Positions 21,269-34,823 of a DNA stretch of 64,000 bases are shown piece by piece. Position 1 is the first letter of the stretch; the number at the start of each line of letters is the position of its first letter. The notes under the pieces were generated by a model. The model saw only the letters and a list, made by a program, of their open reading frames with translations, searched no databases and had not been told where the DNA came from. The translations under genes and the position numbers were made by a program. Source of the stretch: Takakia lepidozioides (Eukaryota > Plantae > Bryophyta); the NCBI GenBank assembly GCA_030704615.1, contig CM060733.1:43958001-44022000 (forward strand). Direction: 5' to 3'.

Positions 21269-24215
21269 ATGACCAGTCCAACTAGCATAGATGTGCCCTA
21301 TCATGGTAGGAATAGTGAGGATGTGAATGACTGGCTGGAAAGGATTCAGATGGAGGCAGATGTTAGAGATTTAAATGAGGATAAAACCTTCAAGGTAGCA
21401 AGGCTCAACCTGAGAGCCAAGGCTGATGAATGGTACCGTAAACAAACCCTAGACCAGGCAACTGGGAAGATTTCAGGGCAGCCATATCAGCCAAGTTTGG
21501 TGTCATTGACTTGGCAGAAATCAGGCTGAGGATGGATACCATCAAACAAGAAAATAGACAAAGGGTTCAGACATACTTTGATAGGTTGAACCGGTTGTTT
21601 ATAAGAAGTGGGGCGTCTGATTTGGAACAGAGGCGTAGATTTGCAGCAGGTTTGAGACCTGAAATAGCAAGAGTAATGCTGGGCAGGCGCTTCTCTGATG
21701 TAGAGGAAGCACTTGAGACAGCCATTGAGATTGAGAGGGGCCTGGGAAAGTTGGGGGAAATACCTCTAGAGCCATTGGAAGGAGATGATACAGATGAGTC
21801 AGTTGTGTTTGTCAACCCTGTGGACAGAAGACTTGATCAGCTAAACACTACCCTACAGAAGTACTTTGATAGGGGACCAGTCATAGGAGAAAGCTCTGGA
21901 TCTAGAACACCTCCTCGTGTTCGCCTTTGTAACGTTTGTCATAAAGAAGGTCACATAGCTACATATTGTCCTGAAGGAAGAACCCAAGCTAAGTGTGACA
22001 AATGTCACCGGTTTGGGCATTCCACGGAAATGTGTGGTGTGAGATGCAACTTTTGCAAGGTACTAGGGCATACAGAGAGTGAGTGCAGTAGAGAAATCGA
22101 CCAGATTATGATGGGAACTCCTGGAACTAACTTTGTAGATGTGTTCTATGATGATGAGGATGATGTACTCGCAGAAATGACAGATCTGATGTCACAAAAC
22201 AGTATCAATGAAGTCAGACTTCCAAGGACGCGTATCCCTGTCTAGAGTCCTACTGTTGAACCTACAGAGTCACCAAAGAGGAATGGTGAGAGCAGTGAAC
22301 AGCCAAACAAGACCAAGAGTGAGATCTACCCAAAGAACAATTTCAAAGCTGCCATAGAAAGAGGTACTAAATCCAGAATCCTGAACCACTTCTATAAGGG
22401 GAGAATATCCTGGTCTCCCATGGACCTAATCATGACTGTGCCCGGAGAGTTAGACAAATTAAAGGGGCTGGTCAAAGTGGTGGAAAGGGCAATGGTACAA
22501 CAAAAGGAGACAACTCACAGTGTAGAAATAGTGAGGGATGTTCCAAGGCCTTTGTACTCAGCACACGCTGAGCCCACGATATCGTATGCTTATACTGGTA
22601 AGGTTAAAGCGCTTCATGTAATGATTACAATGGGAGATTACCAAGTATTAGGCCAAATTGACACCGGTGCCATGCTTTCTGTAATATCCGCAAGTACAGT
22701 CAGGGATCTTGGTCTGATGGGATCTGTTGTTACTGATAAGGATGTAAATTACAGAGTAGCCTCAGGTGCTCTTGAGACTGCAATGGGCAGACTTGAGGAC
22801 ATCAAGGTCAAAGTAGGAGAACTGACCAATCGCTTGTCCTTTATGGTGGTGAACACGGATACGTATCACATGCTTTTGGGCTTGGACTTTCTCAAAAAGT
22901 TTGGCGCGGTAGTTGACACCGAAGCTGAAACGATTCGTGTACGCTATGGGCCAGGAAAGGATTTTGCTCACTTCCCTTTGCACACCATAAATTATAATGA
23001 GCCTGCAGTCACTAGAACAGCCTACCACAGAGGGGATGAGGGCAAAGTAAGGTATGCAAGCACTACGTCAGCAGGAAATGTCTTGACCCTGACATCAGAT
23101 GAACAGTACCTAGGTTTGTGGGAAGAAGAAAGAAAGCCCGAGGAAGAGTTTGTGGACACGGAGGAAGGATCTCTAGACTCTGACAACTCTGAATCTGATA
23201 AAGATGAGGAGATGGGAGGATATGAGGAGAACGAAAAGGTAGATAGAGCCCTGAAGAATGTAGAGGAGATAATAGATAATGTCAACCTAGGGGAGGATTT
23301 GTTCGAAGACCAAGGGATGTCTGAACTCCTTCAGGAAGAGACCCATCGTAGCATGGCTGCCTCTATCATACAGGAAGCTTACCAGAAAGCTTGGAATGGT
23401 GAACTAGGGAACAACAACGTGGAAATAGAGGATGATTTCCATGATTGGAATCAGGTTGTGACTCAGGAAGAAAGGCAGAGGGTAGCTAACTCTGTACACC
23501 AGGTGGAGGGAAAGAGTTGGGAACCCAGCCATGAAGAAGAAATGGAGAGTCGTTGGAGAAGTCTGAAATCCAGACTTCACATCAATCCAGAGCTAGCCCC
23601 AGAACATAGGATAGAACTGGAGCAAGAGCTAAGAGAAAATCAGGAATGTTTTGCTCTTAGCAAAGCTGACTTGGGTGATTACAGTGAGGTGGAACATACA
23701 ATTGATACACAAGGTTTTCCCCCTTGCAGAAGTCGTCCCAGCCGCCTATCAGAGTGGGAGGAAAACGAGGTACAAAGACAGATTGAGACTTTGATCTCAC
23801 AAGGTAAGATGCAGGAAAGTAGTTCAGAGTGGTCATGTCCAGTCACCCTTCCACCAAAAAAAAATGGATCCAAGCGTTTTTGTGGTGATTTCAGGCCGGT
23901 GAACCGCTTGACTAGGAGGGACTCTTACCCTATGCCATTAATTCAGGATGTTTTGAACCAGTTGGGGAAAGCCAAGTGGTTCTCTACTCTGGATTTACAA
24001 TCTGGTTTTTGGCAGATTAAGATGGACGACCGAGATATAAGCAAAACAGCAGTAATCACAAAGAAGGGATTGTATGAATGGCTGGTCATGCCATTTGGGC
24101 TAAAGAATGCCACTGCTACTTTCCAAAGAACAATGAATAGGGTGCTTAAGGAAGAAATTAAAGATTGCGCCAAGGTCTTTGTAGATGATGTCAATATCCA
24201 TAGCAAGGACTGGGA
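21269..24215 (+). pseudogene. R2 Ty3/gypsy gag-protease-RT, 3'-truncated
   Basis: Retrotrans_gag-like region, three CCHC knuckles, protease IDTGA, RT motifs RFCGDFR, LDLQSGFWQI, MPFGLKNA, FVDD. Frameshift near 21450-21510, in-frame TAG at 22243, fused to R1a near 24216. Confidence 0.92.
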
Positions 24216-26956
24216 ACTGTGATCATAAAGATCATTTTCTGTATCTGTATCTTAACTCCTCTTATTAATCCCAATGGCTGTACACTTCTTTGATCTGCCA
24301 TTGTTATTGTAAATGGGGCTGGTTTCATGTTACTTAGACCAAGCTTCTTCCTTAATTGGTCTGTCATGATATTTACTCCAGAACCACCATCTATCAGTAC
24401 ATCAGTTAGTTCTGTGCTTCCAATTCTCAATTGGATTACTGGCATAGAATCATCAAAGTCCATGACTGTTTCTCGCCCTTCCGGCTTCACATTATAACTG
24501 GTCACCTTGTTGTTCAGGTCTGTGTTTCCTGTCTCTTGGGCAATTCGATTGATTGCTTGATACAGCCTGTGCCTACAATAAGGTGCCACAGCTAATAGCT
24601 GTTCAATGGTAATTTCTGCTTTGGTCTGGCATATTACTTCAGCCAAAGTCTCTTCATTACTTTGCATGTCTGCATCTTCTTTTTTCCTTTCTTCCTCACT
24701 CCCTTCTTTTTCTCCATCCGAATCAGAGGAATCTGCCACAGGAATATCAGTACTCTTTTGCATTTCCCTTATAGTATCTGCCACTTCCTTGTGCAGTTCC
24801 TTCTCATCTTTCCAAGTCTCTTCATCTTCAGGCATATCATTGCCACTTCCATTCTCATCTTCTTCCTCTTCTACTGGAGGTATTAGTTTGGCTTTACTTC
24901 TTGTTACTATCATTGTACTTACTTCTGGTACAACACATGGCCTAACCATGTGAGCTGCCACCACTGGGCCCTCATTCACAGGAGCTCTCATCTCATTCTG
25001 GTGTCTTATCCAGAATGAACAGGCTGCCTTGCGATGTCCTGGCTGATTACAATAGTAACATAGCTCTTCACCATTGGGTCCTCGCCCTTGGTCTGTTCTT
25101 GGATTATTTCTATAATCCTGATTCCCGGGCTGGTAATTCCCCCTTGGATTACCCTGATAGTTGCCTCTGGAATTTCCTTGGTAATTCCCTCTTGAATTAC
25201 CTCTCCCTTCCATGCCATTGTTATAACCACCAGACCTACCATAGTGGTCCTGATCATTGTTTCTTCTTGGCTGGGGCTGCACCTGATGCACCCTTACTTG
25301 CCTAGGTTCTCTTGCAGCTGTCCTTCTGTTGTAGTAACAATTCTCAGTAGAATGGTTATCCATTTTACAGATAGTACAGTGTTTCTCCTTCATGTGGCAT
25401 TCTGTGGTGGTATGGCCTTCATTCTGGCACTTTGCACACCATACACCCTTCCTCCAATGTGTTGCAGCCTCTGTGGCATACTTCTTCAAGATTTCCTCCA
25501 AATTTTTTTCATAGTTATCCCTCTTCAACTTCTCCTTTCTCTTACTCTTTCTTTTTAGTTCTTGCTCTTCTTCTTCATCTGACTCATCCTCAGAGTCCTC
25601 ATCTTCTTTTTTCTCTCTCCTGAGCATTCCCAATTGCTCAATTCTGTTCGCAGTTTCAAATGCCTCCTCCACTGTATTATGGGGTAACATATCCACTTTC
25701 TTTTGCAACTCTGGTCTTAGTCCACTCACAAACCAAGTCTTCTGTAACCCGGGCGCTGGTACTGCAGCCAGCTTTTTCATCATCAATTCCATCTTCTCCA
25801 TATACTCTTCAACAGTTTCATGCTTCTTCTGCTTCAGCTGTTGTAAACTTCCATACACTTCATCCTCAGTTTTACTTGTCCTGAACCTATTTCAAAATGC
25901 TGTATTCAAGCCATTCCAGGTTAGGAAATGATTATCAGGGAATCTTGCATACCATTCACTTGCTTTCTTGATAAGTGAACAAGGAAACAGTCTCATCTTG
26001 GCATCATCGCCATTCTCATTGTTCACTATACACATGTGCTCAAATTGGCTAATGTGTACATCGGGATCCCCTTTTCCTGCATATATTGGAAAGGGTGGTT
26101 TTGCCCGTGTTGGTTGTAACGCCATCTGTGGCCCTACCTTCTGCCCACTGACAGGTGCTGGCACCCTTGCTGGTGCTGGTCCTTCTGGACCTGTTGTTTT
26201 TGTGGTGGATCTTCCACCAAGTGGTGGCCCTTGAGCACTCCCTGCTTCTGGCCCCACGATATTCACAGTATTCCCAGCTTCAGTTGCACTACTTCCCACA
26301 CTCCCTGTCCCCCCAGAGCCAGATCCAGGCAGCCCGCCTGATCCCCCTGAGCCGACACCTTCGTTGGCCTGTGATCCAAGTGCTCCACTTGATCCAGGTC
26401 CAACGGGTTGGGATGTCCTGGTTGTAGTCTCAACCTCAGCTGTTGGGTCTACTTCTTCATATTCTTCCTCTTCTAATTTCTTCTCTCTGTTTTCATCCTC
26501 CAAGTTCTGCCCTTGGGTTTCTTCTTCACTCATGTAACTCAACTGTAATGGTGTTGGAGAGTCTGAACTCTCCGTTGGCTCTGCCACATCCTCTTCTCCT
26601 TCTTCACCTTCTGCTTCAGAAACTGGAGTTCCTGCTTTTGGTGTTCCATGCCAACTCTTATCAAAGATTTCTGTCAAGTCTTTTATCCAAGGATGTACCT
26701 CAGATCTTTCACCTCGTGATTGATCTTCTTCCTGTACCAATTCCCTTAATCTTTCTTGCAAAGAAACAGAAGGAGTGGCATCCAACTCTAGTTCTTCCGG
26801 TATAGGTGATGCACTCTTTGATCTTAATGGTGTGAGAGGTCCAGATGATTCCCCTATGTCTATTCCTCTCTCCCAAAGATATGGATAATTAGCTTTCAGA
26901 TAGCTTTCTCTTTTTGCTGAATATCTCTGTCGTCTAGCTTCTCTTTCATCACTCAT
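24216..26956 (-). pseudogene. R1a Ty3/gypsy gag-protease, truncated
   Basis: YAGKGDPDVHI...LFPCSLIKKASEWY gag, CCHC knuckles, protease LIDGGSGVNI. In-frame TGA at 25892-25894. Confidence 0.9.
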
Positions 26957-26977
26957 GTCCCATGTCTTTCATTTCTT

Positions 26978-27673
26978 TTAATGTGGCAATAACCAAAACT
27001 CTCTTCTGTAATATCTCTCGTATATGCCTGGGTTTCTTTCAAGCTTCAATGCACCTTTGGCTATACTTGAAGTCTCCGTTACCATATAACCATATGGCAA
27101 ACAAGTCTGAAAAGCTGTTCTTGGTGTGAGTTTGATCCACAAAATATCCTTTGGAATCCAATTCTTTACCAGTACAAGCTCTTCATGCATATGAGTATAA
27201 ACATTCACCTTTCTTTCTTCCCAGCCTTCAAACTCTACTCGTTTAATGGATAGCAATGCTATCACATAAACCAATGTTGGTAACCAACGTGCTCTTCCTC
27301 TACAGGCTACCTGATAAATCTTTATCACTCCTTTCTCCAGACCCCATTCTGGATCAGCATCATGCACTCGCTTAAGAATATTTTCTTTACAACCGTCTGG
27401 CAATTCCAAGAACCTTTGAAAGAATTGTTTGGACAATCTTTCTTCCTTCGTTCCACAGGGAATTTGATTCACTTCAAATTCTTTAATGGTCCAACCACCA
27501 TGATCCCACCAGATGCCTGTCACATCTGGTTGTTCATGTATCAGGTCCCCAGTATGGTTGCCAAATGTCGCTCGGCTTTTACTCACCCATCCCTTCGCTA
27601 TTCGAGGCGGAAACTCCAAGATAGAAGAGTTGGAAATCTCTAAGTACTCAGCCCGCGCAGAACAATCAGTCAT
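26978..27673 (-). CDS. Extra ORF upstream of R1a gag, unknown function
   Basis: 231-aa open frame in the sense of gag, starting inside the LTR and crossing the PBS. Confidence 0.5.
   Translation of the reverse strand: MTDCSARAEYLEISNSSILEFPPRIAKGWVSKSRATFGNHTGDLIHEQPDVTGIWWDHGGWTIKEFEVNQIPCGTKEERLSKQFFQRFLELPDGCKENILKRVHDADPEWGLEKGVIKIYQVACRGRARWLPTLVYVIALLSIKRVEFEGWEERKVNVYTHMHEELVLVKNWIPKDILWIKLTPRTAFQTCLPYGYMVTETSSIAKGALKLERNPGIYERYYRREFWLLPH
27546..27563 (-). promoter_or_regulatory. Probable PBS of R1a (tRNA-Arg-like)
   Basis: TGGCAACCATACTGGGGA, 2 nt after an LTR-like ...GCGACA end. Resembles the Tat/Ogre-type PBS TGGCGACTCCACTGGGGA. Confidence 0.6.
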
Positions 27674-28514
27674 GACCTACAACTAGTGTATCATGGGGGT
27701 GTTTCCTATTTGTTTCCCTTTTGGTATTCATGTTAGCTATCTTACCATTGATAATTAAGTATAAGTTTGCTTTATCAATCTATTGGATTCCATCAGCTCA
27801 TCCATTCATTTCACAGCTTCACTCAGATCTCTCTACATAGTGTGATTGTATCGTAAAAGTATCCGATTATGATTTATCAGGTATCAGGCCGAAGCCATTG
27901 TGTCTCTAATCTACTCTACAATATCATTACAGCCTTGCATATATCAAGCATCTACTCATCATCTCTCTATCTTCACTTCCGTTCTTCATCTCTGCCCGAT
28001 CCCCTCTCCTCTATGACCAAGAAGTCCTCCTCCGAATGATATCCCTCAATTCCCCGTTTCTCCCTTTATCTTTTCCATCCGTGGTTCTAACCGTTTCCCT
28101 CACTAACCGTCGTCTGTGAACTAACATGTTCCCTTCGCAGGTGTTGTTCCCCACAGTCGTTCCCTGTCCTACTCTTCGTTCCCTATGATCGTGACAGCTG
28201 TGTCAAGCTGTGACTGGCTGTGTGAAACTGTGACGGGCTGTGACTGGCTGTGCGACTGTGTTTGGCTGTGTCGGGCTGTGACTGGCTGTGTGGCTGTGCC
28301 GGGCTGTGTCGGCTGTGTCGGCTGTGTCGGCTGTGACGGGCTGTATTGGCTGTGTTGGCTGTGTCTGCTGTGACGACTGTGACGGGCTGTGTAACCCCCT
28401 TCTACAGTGCGCTGCTGTCACCCCTAAGGCTCCTGTTGGTCTCAGTCTGTGCAAAAATTAAGGGTACCATACAGATCCCGTATAAGTGTCTAAGTCCCCG
28501 ACAGTCCTCTAACA
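27566..28514 (-). repeat. 5' LTR of R1a (about 950 bp) with internal ACAGC satellite at 28190-28390
   Basis: TGTTAGAGG...GCGACA. Homologous to the plus-strand LTR starting at 34827. Confidence 0.85.
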
Positions 28515-30056
28515 AGGCATTTGAAACTGCAAACAGAATTGAGCAATTGGGAATGCTCAGGAGAGAGAAAAGGGATGATGAGGACTCTGAGGATGAATCA
28601 GATGAAGAAGAAGAGCAAGAACTAAAAAGGAAGAGTAAGAGAAAGGAGAAGTTGAAGAGGGATAACTATGAGAAAAGATTGGAAGAAATCTTGAAGAAGT
28701 ATGCCACAGAGGTTGCAACACATTGGAGGAAGGGCGTATGGTGTGCAAAGTGCCAGAATGAAGGCCATACCACCACAGAATGCCACAAGAAGAAACAATG
28801 ATCAGGACCACTATGGTAGGTCTGGTGGTTATAACAATGGCATGGAAGGGAGAGGTAATTCAAGAGGGAATTACCAAGGAAATTCCAGAGGCAACTATCA
28901 GGGTAATCCAAGGGGGAATTACCAACCCGGGAATCAGGATTACAGAAATAATCCAAGAGCAGACCAAGGGCGAGGACCCAATGGTGAAGAACTATGTTAC
29001 TATTGTAATCAGTCAGGACATCGCAAGGCAGCCTGTTCATTCTGGATTAGACACCAGAATGAGATGCGAGCTCCTGTGAATGAGGGCCCAGTGGTGGCAG
29101 CTCACATGGTTAGGCCATGTGTTGTACCAGAAGTAAGTACAATGATAGTAACAAGAAGTAAAGCCAAACTAATACCTCCAGTAGTAGAGGAAGAAGATGA
29201 TAATGAAGGTGGCAGTGATATGCCTGAAGATGATGAGGCTTGGAGAGATGAGAAGGAACTGCACAAGGAAGTGGCAGATACCATGAGGGAAATGCAGAAG
29301 AGTACTGATATTCCTGTGGCAGATTCCTCTGATTCTGATGGAGAAGAAGAAGGGAGTGAGGATGAAAGGAAGAAAGAAGATGCAGACATGCAAAGTAATG
29401 AAGAGACTTTGGCTGAAGTAATATGCCAGACCAAAGCAGAAATTACCATTGGACAGCTATTGGCTGTGGCACCTTATTGTAGGCACAGGCTGTATCAAGC
29501 AATCAATCGAATTGCCCAGGAGACAGGAAACACAGACCTGAACAGCAAGGTGACCAGTTATAATGTGAAGCCGGAAGGGCGAGAAACAGTCATGGACTTT
29601 GATGATTCTATGCCAGTAATCCAATTGAGAATTGGAAGCACAGAACTAACTGATGTACTGATAGATGGAGGTTCTGGAGTAAATATCATGACAGACCAAT
29701 TAAGAAAGAAGCTTGGTCTAAGTAACATGAAACCAGCCCCATTTACAGTAACAATGGCAGATCAAAGAAGTGTACAGCCATTGGGATTAATAAGAGGAGT
29801 TAAGATACAGATACAGAAGATGATCTTTATGATCACAGTAACTGTGTTAAAGATGGATGAAGTCATGGAGGCTTACTCCTTATTATTGGGACGTCCGTGG
29901 CTGAAACAGGCCAGGGTATTCCATGACTGGAATTCTCAGTTGATTAAAGCTTCTAAGCTTAAATCACCATGGAAAGGACCTTATGTCATACAAAAGATGT
30001 ATGATAACAACACCGCCATGTTACAAACCATTAACAAAGAGATGCCAATAAGTTGA
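28515..30056 (+). pseudogene. R1b gag-protease fused to integrase C-terminus (RT, RNase H and integrase core deleted)
   Basis: Near-identical to R1a gag-protease. After LLGRPWL...FHDW it jumps to KLKSPWKGPY (GPY/F-like motif). Confidence 0.85.
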
Positions 30057-30189
30057 AAGGGTACAGTGGTATCCATGACAAACCATTGCAGCATGATTTG
30101 CATGTTGAAACGCAAAAGCAGTCACCGGCTGCACCAGTGATACCAACGGAGTATGGAGCACTTGTCGCTAAGCCGAGCATATATGACCA

Positions 30190-30530
30190 GAGCGACACAG
30201 CCTATCACAGCCCATCACGACGTGACACAGCCTATCACAGCCCAACAAGGCGTGACACAGCCTATCACAGCCCAGCACGGCGCGACACAGCCTATCACAG
30301 CCCATCACGATGTGACACAGCCTATCACAGCCCAGCACGGCGCGACACAGCCTATCACAGCCCATCACGACGTGACACAGCCTATCTCAGTCTAGCGAGG
30401 CGCGACACAACATATCACAGCCCAGCACGGAGCAATACAGCCTATCACAGCTTACCACAGTGCAACACAACGTATCACGACGTACCACAGTATGACACAG
30501 CCTGTCACAGCTCAACACAGCCTACTAGGG
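30190..30530. repeat. 30-bp tandem repeat (GACACAGCCTATCACAGCCCAGCACGGCGC) built from 10-bp subunits
   Basis: About 8 clear units plus degenerate copies, visible directly. Confidence 0.95.
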
Positions 30531-31018
30531 TTACACAATCCATGGAATCAGTGATAGGTGGACGCAGGATAACTTCAGGGAAATGGCCGGCGGAAGAAAG
30601 GACGGAAGCCAGTTTAGAAAGGGACACGTGGAAGTCAGGGCGCAACACACAGCTGAGAAGGAAGTACAAAAACAGATGTCATCAAGAAAGAGGACAAGAA
30701 TGGCCGTCAAAATACCTAATTAGCACGTCAATTTGGATGAATGGCGGGCCCATTAATGAATACGGAAAAGGGGCAACAGAACAAACGGCAAGTACAGAAA
30801 AGCGAAATTCTTGTCACATGTGTTATCCTAGTGGATAGTCCAGCAGGGAAAGTCCACTAAAGAAAATTAAATCTAAAATCCAGTCACAGCGGTTACAGCC
30901 AATCGAAAGCCAGAAAAGGGATCAAGAAATTGGAGGGAATTTAAGCGCAAGAGTCGGCGTCGTTCTAAGTAACGGGCGTCTCGACGGGACAAACCATCAA
31001 TGCTATAGCTTTGAAGCT

Positions 31019-34000
31019 ATGGAGGAACTAACAGACTATACGCTCGCAATATTACTTACGCAGTGGCATAGGGACGAAAGAACAGAGCGGATCTTTTCTC
31101 TTGATCGATGCTTGCAAGCCCCGCAGGCTTACAAGAAATTACCCATAGCTTTTTGTGGCAACCATACGTTTATGCTTTGTGCCCTGCAAGCATTTCTTCA
31201 ATTGTTACAGCCAAAACATTTCTGTGGGTCTAGAATGAAGAGAGTGAGAGGAATGGAGGAAATCAGGGTGAAGAGCACCACAATCCTGCAGAAACAAACG
31301 ATTGCTACTCCACAGGCGGTACAGTTACTGAAGGAGCTGCGATTGCAAGGATTGCAAAACAAAGATTGGACATTGCACCATAGACAGTACATGTTACAAT
31401 TCTTGCAAAACTTTGAGCCTAAGATAGGAGCAACAACGGTGAAGGGAGTTGAATTAGAAATTACTCCCCTATACCTACAGCAATTGTTTCAATTGCCAGC
31501 AGGTCAGGTGCATGTGGAGGAGCACAGGGCAAAACTGTAGGGGACTTATTCCAAGAAGGGAGTTTCTTTAAAACTCAGGGTTATGCTTGTACCAAGGCCG
31601 TGTACCCAGGGCTAAAGGAGGTAGGCCAGGTATTGAACGTTCTGTTTGCCATGAAACAGAACCAACAGTATTTGAGCAGATCCTTCACAGAGAAAATACT
31701 CAAAGCCCTGAGAGGAGAAGAGGTAGAATGGGCGGACATAATGTACAACGCACTGGTAGAGGAGATGAAAAGATTACAGGGTACTACCGCAAAGTCTCCT
31801 ATCATAGTGTCTGGCCCAATCATTGCTCAAATAATTCTTGATTCTGGCATACTTGATGCTCGAGAAAGAAAGGAGATGGGAGTGTTTGAGCCAGAAACCA
31901 CTGCAATGGAAGAGCAAGGCTCTTCACACAGTGAGGGTGGACTGGCAGGGCAACCCCAAACTAAGATACAGGGCGGGGAAAGACTGTAGTGGCGGATCCA
32001 TTGGCTTCACGGAATCCACATGATAATGTTTCCCAAGCTCTTGTGCAGGAAGGGGCACAGCAGCACAAAGAACTGCTATTATTGGAAGCGGGACCTTCAG
32101 AGAGGGAAGAGGAAGTTACTTCAGTATCACAGCCATCACAGCCAGATGATCGGCCTGTCACAGAGTTACCACAAGTTGTCCATGCAGTTCCACCAGAAAT
32201 AATTGATTTGGAGAAAGAAGGGTTAGATATTCCCACTACAGAACAGGTGGTGGCAGAAATTGAGAAGGGGGACCTTCTCTATGAATATTCTGGTCTGGTC
32301 AAGGAGACAGTAATTCCAGAGGTGCAACAGTTGTCCAAGGGAAACCCTGCGGTGCATATAATACACACACCTGTGCCGGAGATACCACAGGTAGAATGTC
32401 AAGACACTGCAGCACCGGTGACGGATGAAGTGGTTCAAGAAGAAAATCTGGTGGGACAATGGCCTGAGTGGTTCGTGAGGCATCACACTGTTGAGGATCA
32501 GGGAGAACAGCAGCAAGCTCACCATGATGACCCTCAACAGACCATGCTTATGAGTTCCATAAGCAGGACACTTAATTTGTTGGGGACTTATGTCAAATCC
32601 CATGTTCCAACTACCCAATTGACAGCTTTGAGAGAGGAACTCAGGAAGGAGTTTGAGGCTCAACTAGCCACTGAGTGTGCCAATAAGGTCGATGAAGAAG
32701 TCACTCTCAAGATGCAGCAAGACTTGGAGAGTATAGAAACGGCTTTGCAATTGGCCAAGGAACAATTGATTGAGGCAGGCCTCGCGCAAGACCAGTTGCA
32801 CGAAGCACATAAGCAACAGCTATACCAAATGCAGGTGAAGCATGAAAACAAGTTGCAAGAAGTGAATGCACTACATACGGAGTTGCAGACAGTGCATGAC
32901 AGGATGGCCATACAATGTGCCACACTCACAACTATGCTTGACCAATCTACAATAGAAATAAACAGTCAAGCGGAAAGATGTACGAAGGCAGAGGCAGAAA
33001 ATGTTGAGCAAGTGAAACTCATTGTCGATATGAAGAATACAATCTGTCGTAATGAGGATACTTTCAAGCAATACAGACAGGTTGAAGCTGACCAAGAGAG
33101 GCACATCCTGGAGTTACAACAAACGGTCATGGCCAATAGAAATGAAATCTCTGTCGCTAACAAGGCTTGGAAGGAAGCCAATAATCTGCTTGCTGCCTAT
33201 GCGAATTTGGTTGAACCTCATGCGAAGCGCATGGAGACTTTACAACAGCAGTTAGATATGTACAAACTCAGAGAGGAGCAGACTCTCAGAAGTACCACAA
33301 GCAACTTGGTGGATAACCACCTTATGCAGGTCTGGTTAGCACAAGGGCGAGTGGAGGGCAAAGCACCACGAAAGCTCACCGAAAGCGAGATGAATGAGCT
33401 CAGACTGCAAGTGCAGAACATTGCCACAATTACTATAGACAATGTCTATAGTAGGATAGCGGAGTTACAGGAGGATGTAGACGACCTGCAGACTCAAGTG
33501 GAGGACCTCACTTCAAATATTGACAAGAGAGTCTGTGTACCTGAGGAACAGCTAATGGCTTTCTTATTTAAAAGCAAGAACTTTAGCTTTTCAGTCTTCT
33601 TCACAGGAGGTGTAGGAGATGCCAATGGTACAAGAGCCAGTGCCACCAACACCACAACAAGTCACTGTGCCAGTAGCTGACCCGGTGGTTACTACAGCCA
33701 CACCACAGCCACCACAGCCTGAGGTATGGGGGAATGCTGCTTTTAACCCACCTAAAACTCCAGCTGCAAGGGAGTACAGTAGGGCTATGATTATGCCCTT
33801 CAACCAAATTCCCATTGTGTTGGATTTGGGTTGGAAAGAATTTAGTCCTCCGCAGTCAAAGGCACATTACTATCAAATCATGCGCATTTGGCTGCCAGTG
33901 GCAACTACGACTAAAGTTCTTCCGAACAATCGACCAATTGAGGATCATCACTTTGCACAGTACTGGCATGAGGCAGGTACCATGTTGAAGGAATTAATTG

Positions 34001-34788
34001 CCTTCCAAGTTGTACATGGATTCATTTATACCAAGACCAAGGAGGTAGCAAGTATTGTCATGGGCTGCGGGTTATACTACGCTGCTTGTTTTCTGGTACG
34101 TTATCACATTGAGTAGCACAAGATGCAATCGTGCTTTCTGAGTTATTCCAGTGGGGATCATTGGGTCTTACCTTCAGTGCCACCTCATATGTACCTATAT
34201 GAGGCAAAAGTTATGATGCAAAAGGATTCTCAAATTCGTTCATGGTTTCATGCGGCCTGGAACAATTTGTCAACACAGAAATTCGGCCCTGACGATATTT
34301 TCTTTAAAGGACATGAGGCATGGAAATACTTGCACAATTCACAAGTCATTGGTACCCCACTCACCTGGACAGACAAGGAACTCAGGGTCTTCACCAATTT
34401 TACCATTCAGCGTTTACAGCAAGTTTTAAAGTTTAAACTTCCAGACTTGATAGGACAACATTGTATGCCCCAGAGGATTCCACAAAAAGTTCGGCAGTTA
34501 AAACACCTGAGAGGAGATGAGGATTCTGATACAACTGTTTCTTCAGCGGACTCTTTTGACATGGGAGAAGACTATGCAATTCAGATGGCAGAGAAGAAGC
34601 GACGGGGGTCTCCTATGCCTGAAAGATTACCTCGATATCAGCCTCCAGAGGGCCTTACATATCCAGGTAGTGTTCAATCATCTCCGTCAACCAGTGAGAG
34701 ACCTCAAGGTCGTACACAGAGTCCTTCACAAGACTCTCAACGTCAGAAAGGTGCTCGCTCACAAAGGTTTGCTAATCCCAATCAGTAA
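31019..34788 (+). pseudogene. R1b long 3' extra ORF: Transposase_32/ATHILA-ORF-like N-terminus, coiled coil, unknown C-terminal domain; disrupted
   Basis: Consecutive ORFs 31019-31540, 31600-31989, 31989-33680, 33619-34116 and 34123-34788. QFLQNF...TVKGVELEITPLYLQQLFQLP resembles the EFYAN...VRG..I.IT...I...L.LP pattern. Family assignment by eye. Confidence 0.65.
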
Positions 34789-34809
34789 ACCGTGAGGACA
34801 CGGCTTTTT

Positions 34810-34823
34810 GAGAGGGGAAGGGG
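34810..34823 (+). promoter_or_regulatory. Polypurine tract of R1b
   Basis: GAGAGGGGAAGGGG immediately before the LTR start TGTTAG at 34827. Confidence 0.85.

Noticed and set aside
30053-30838. 261-aa ORF with DTAYHSPxRR repeats
   Set aside because: The open frame is explained by a stop-free 30-bp tandem repeat; other frames and the opposite strand are open too.
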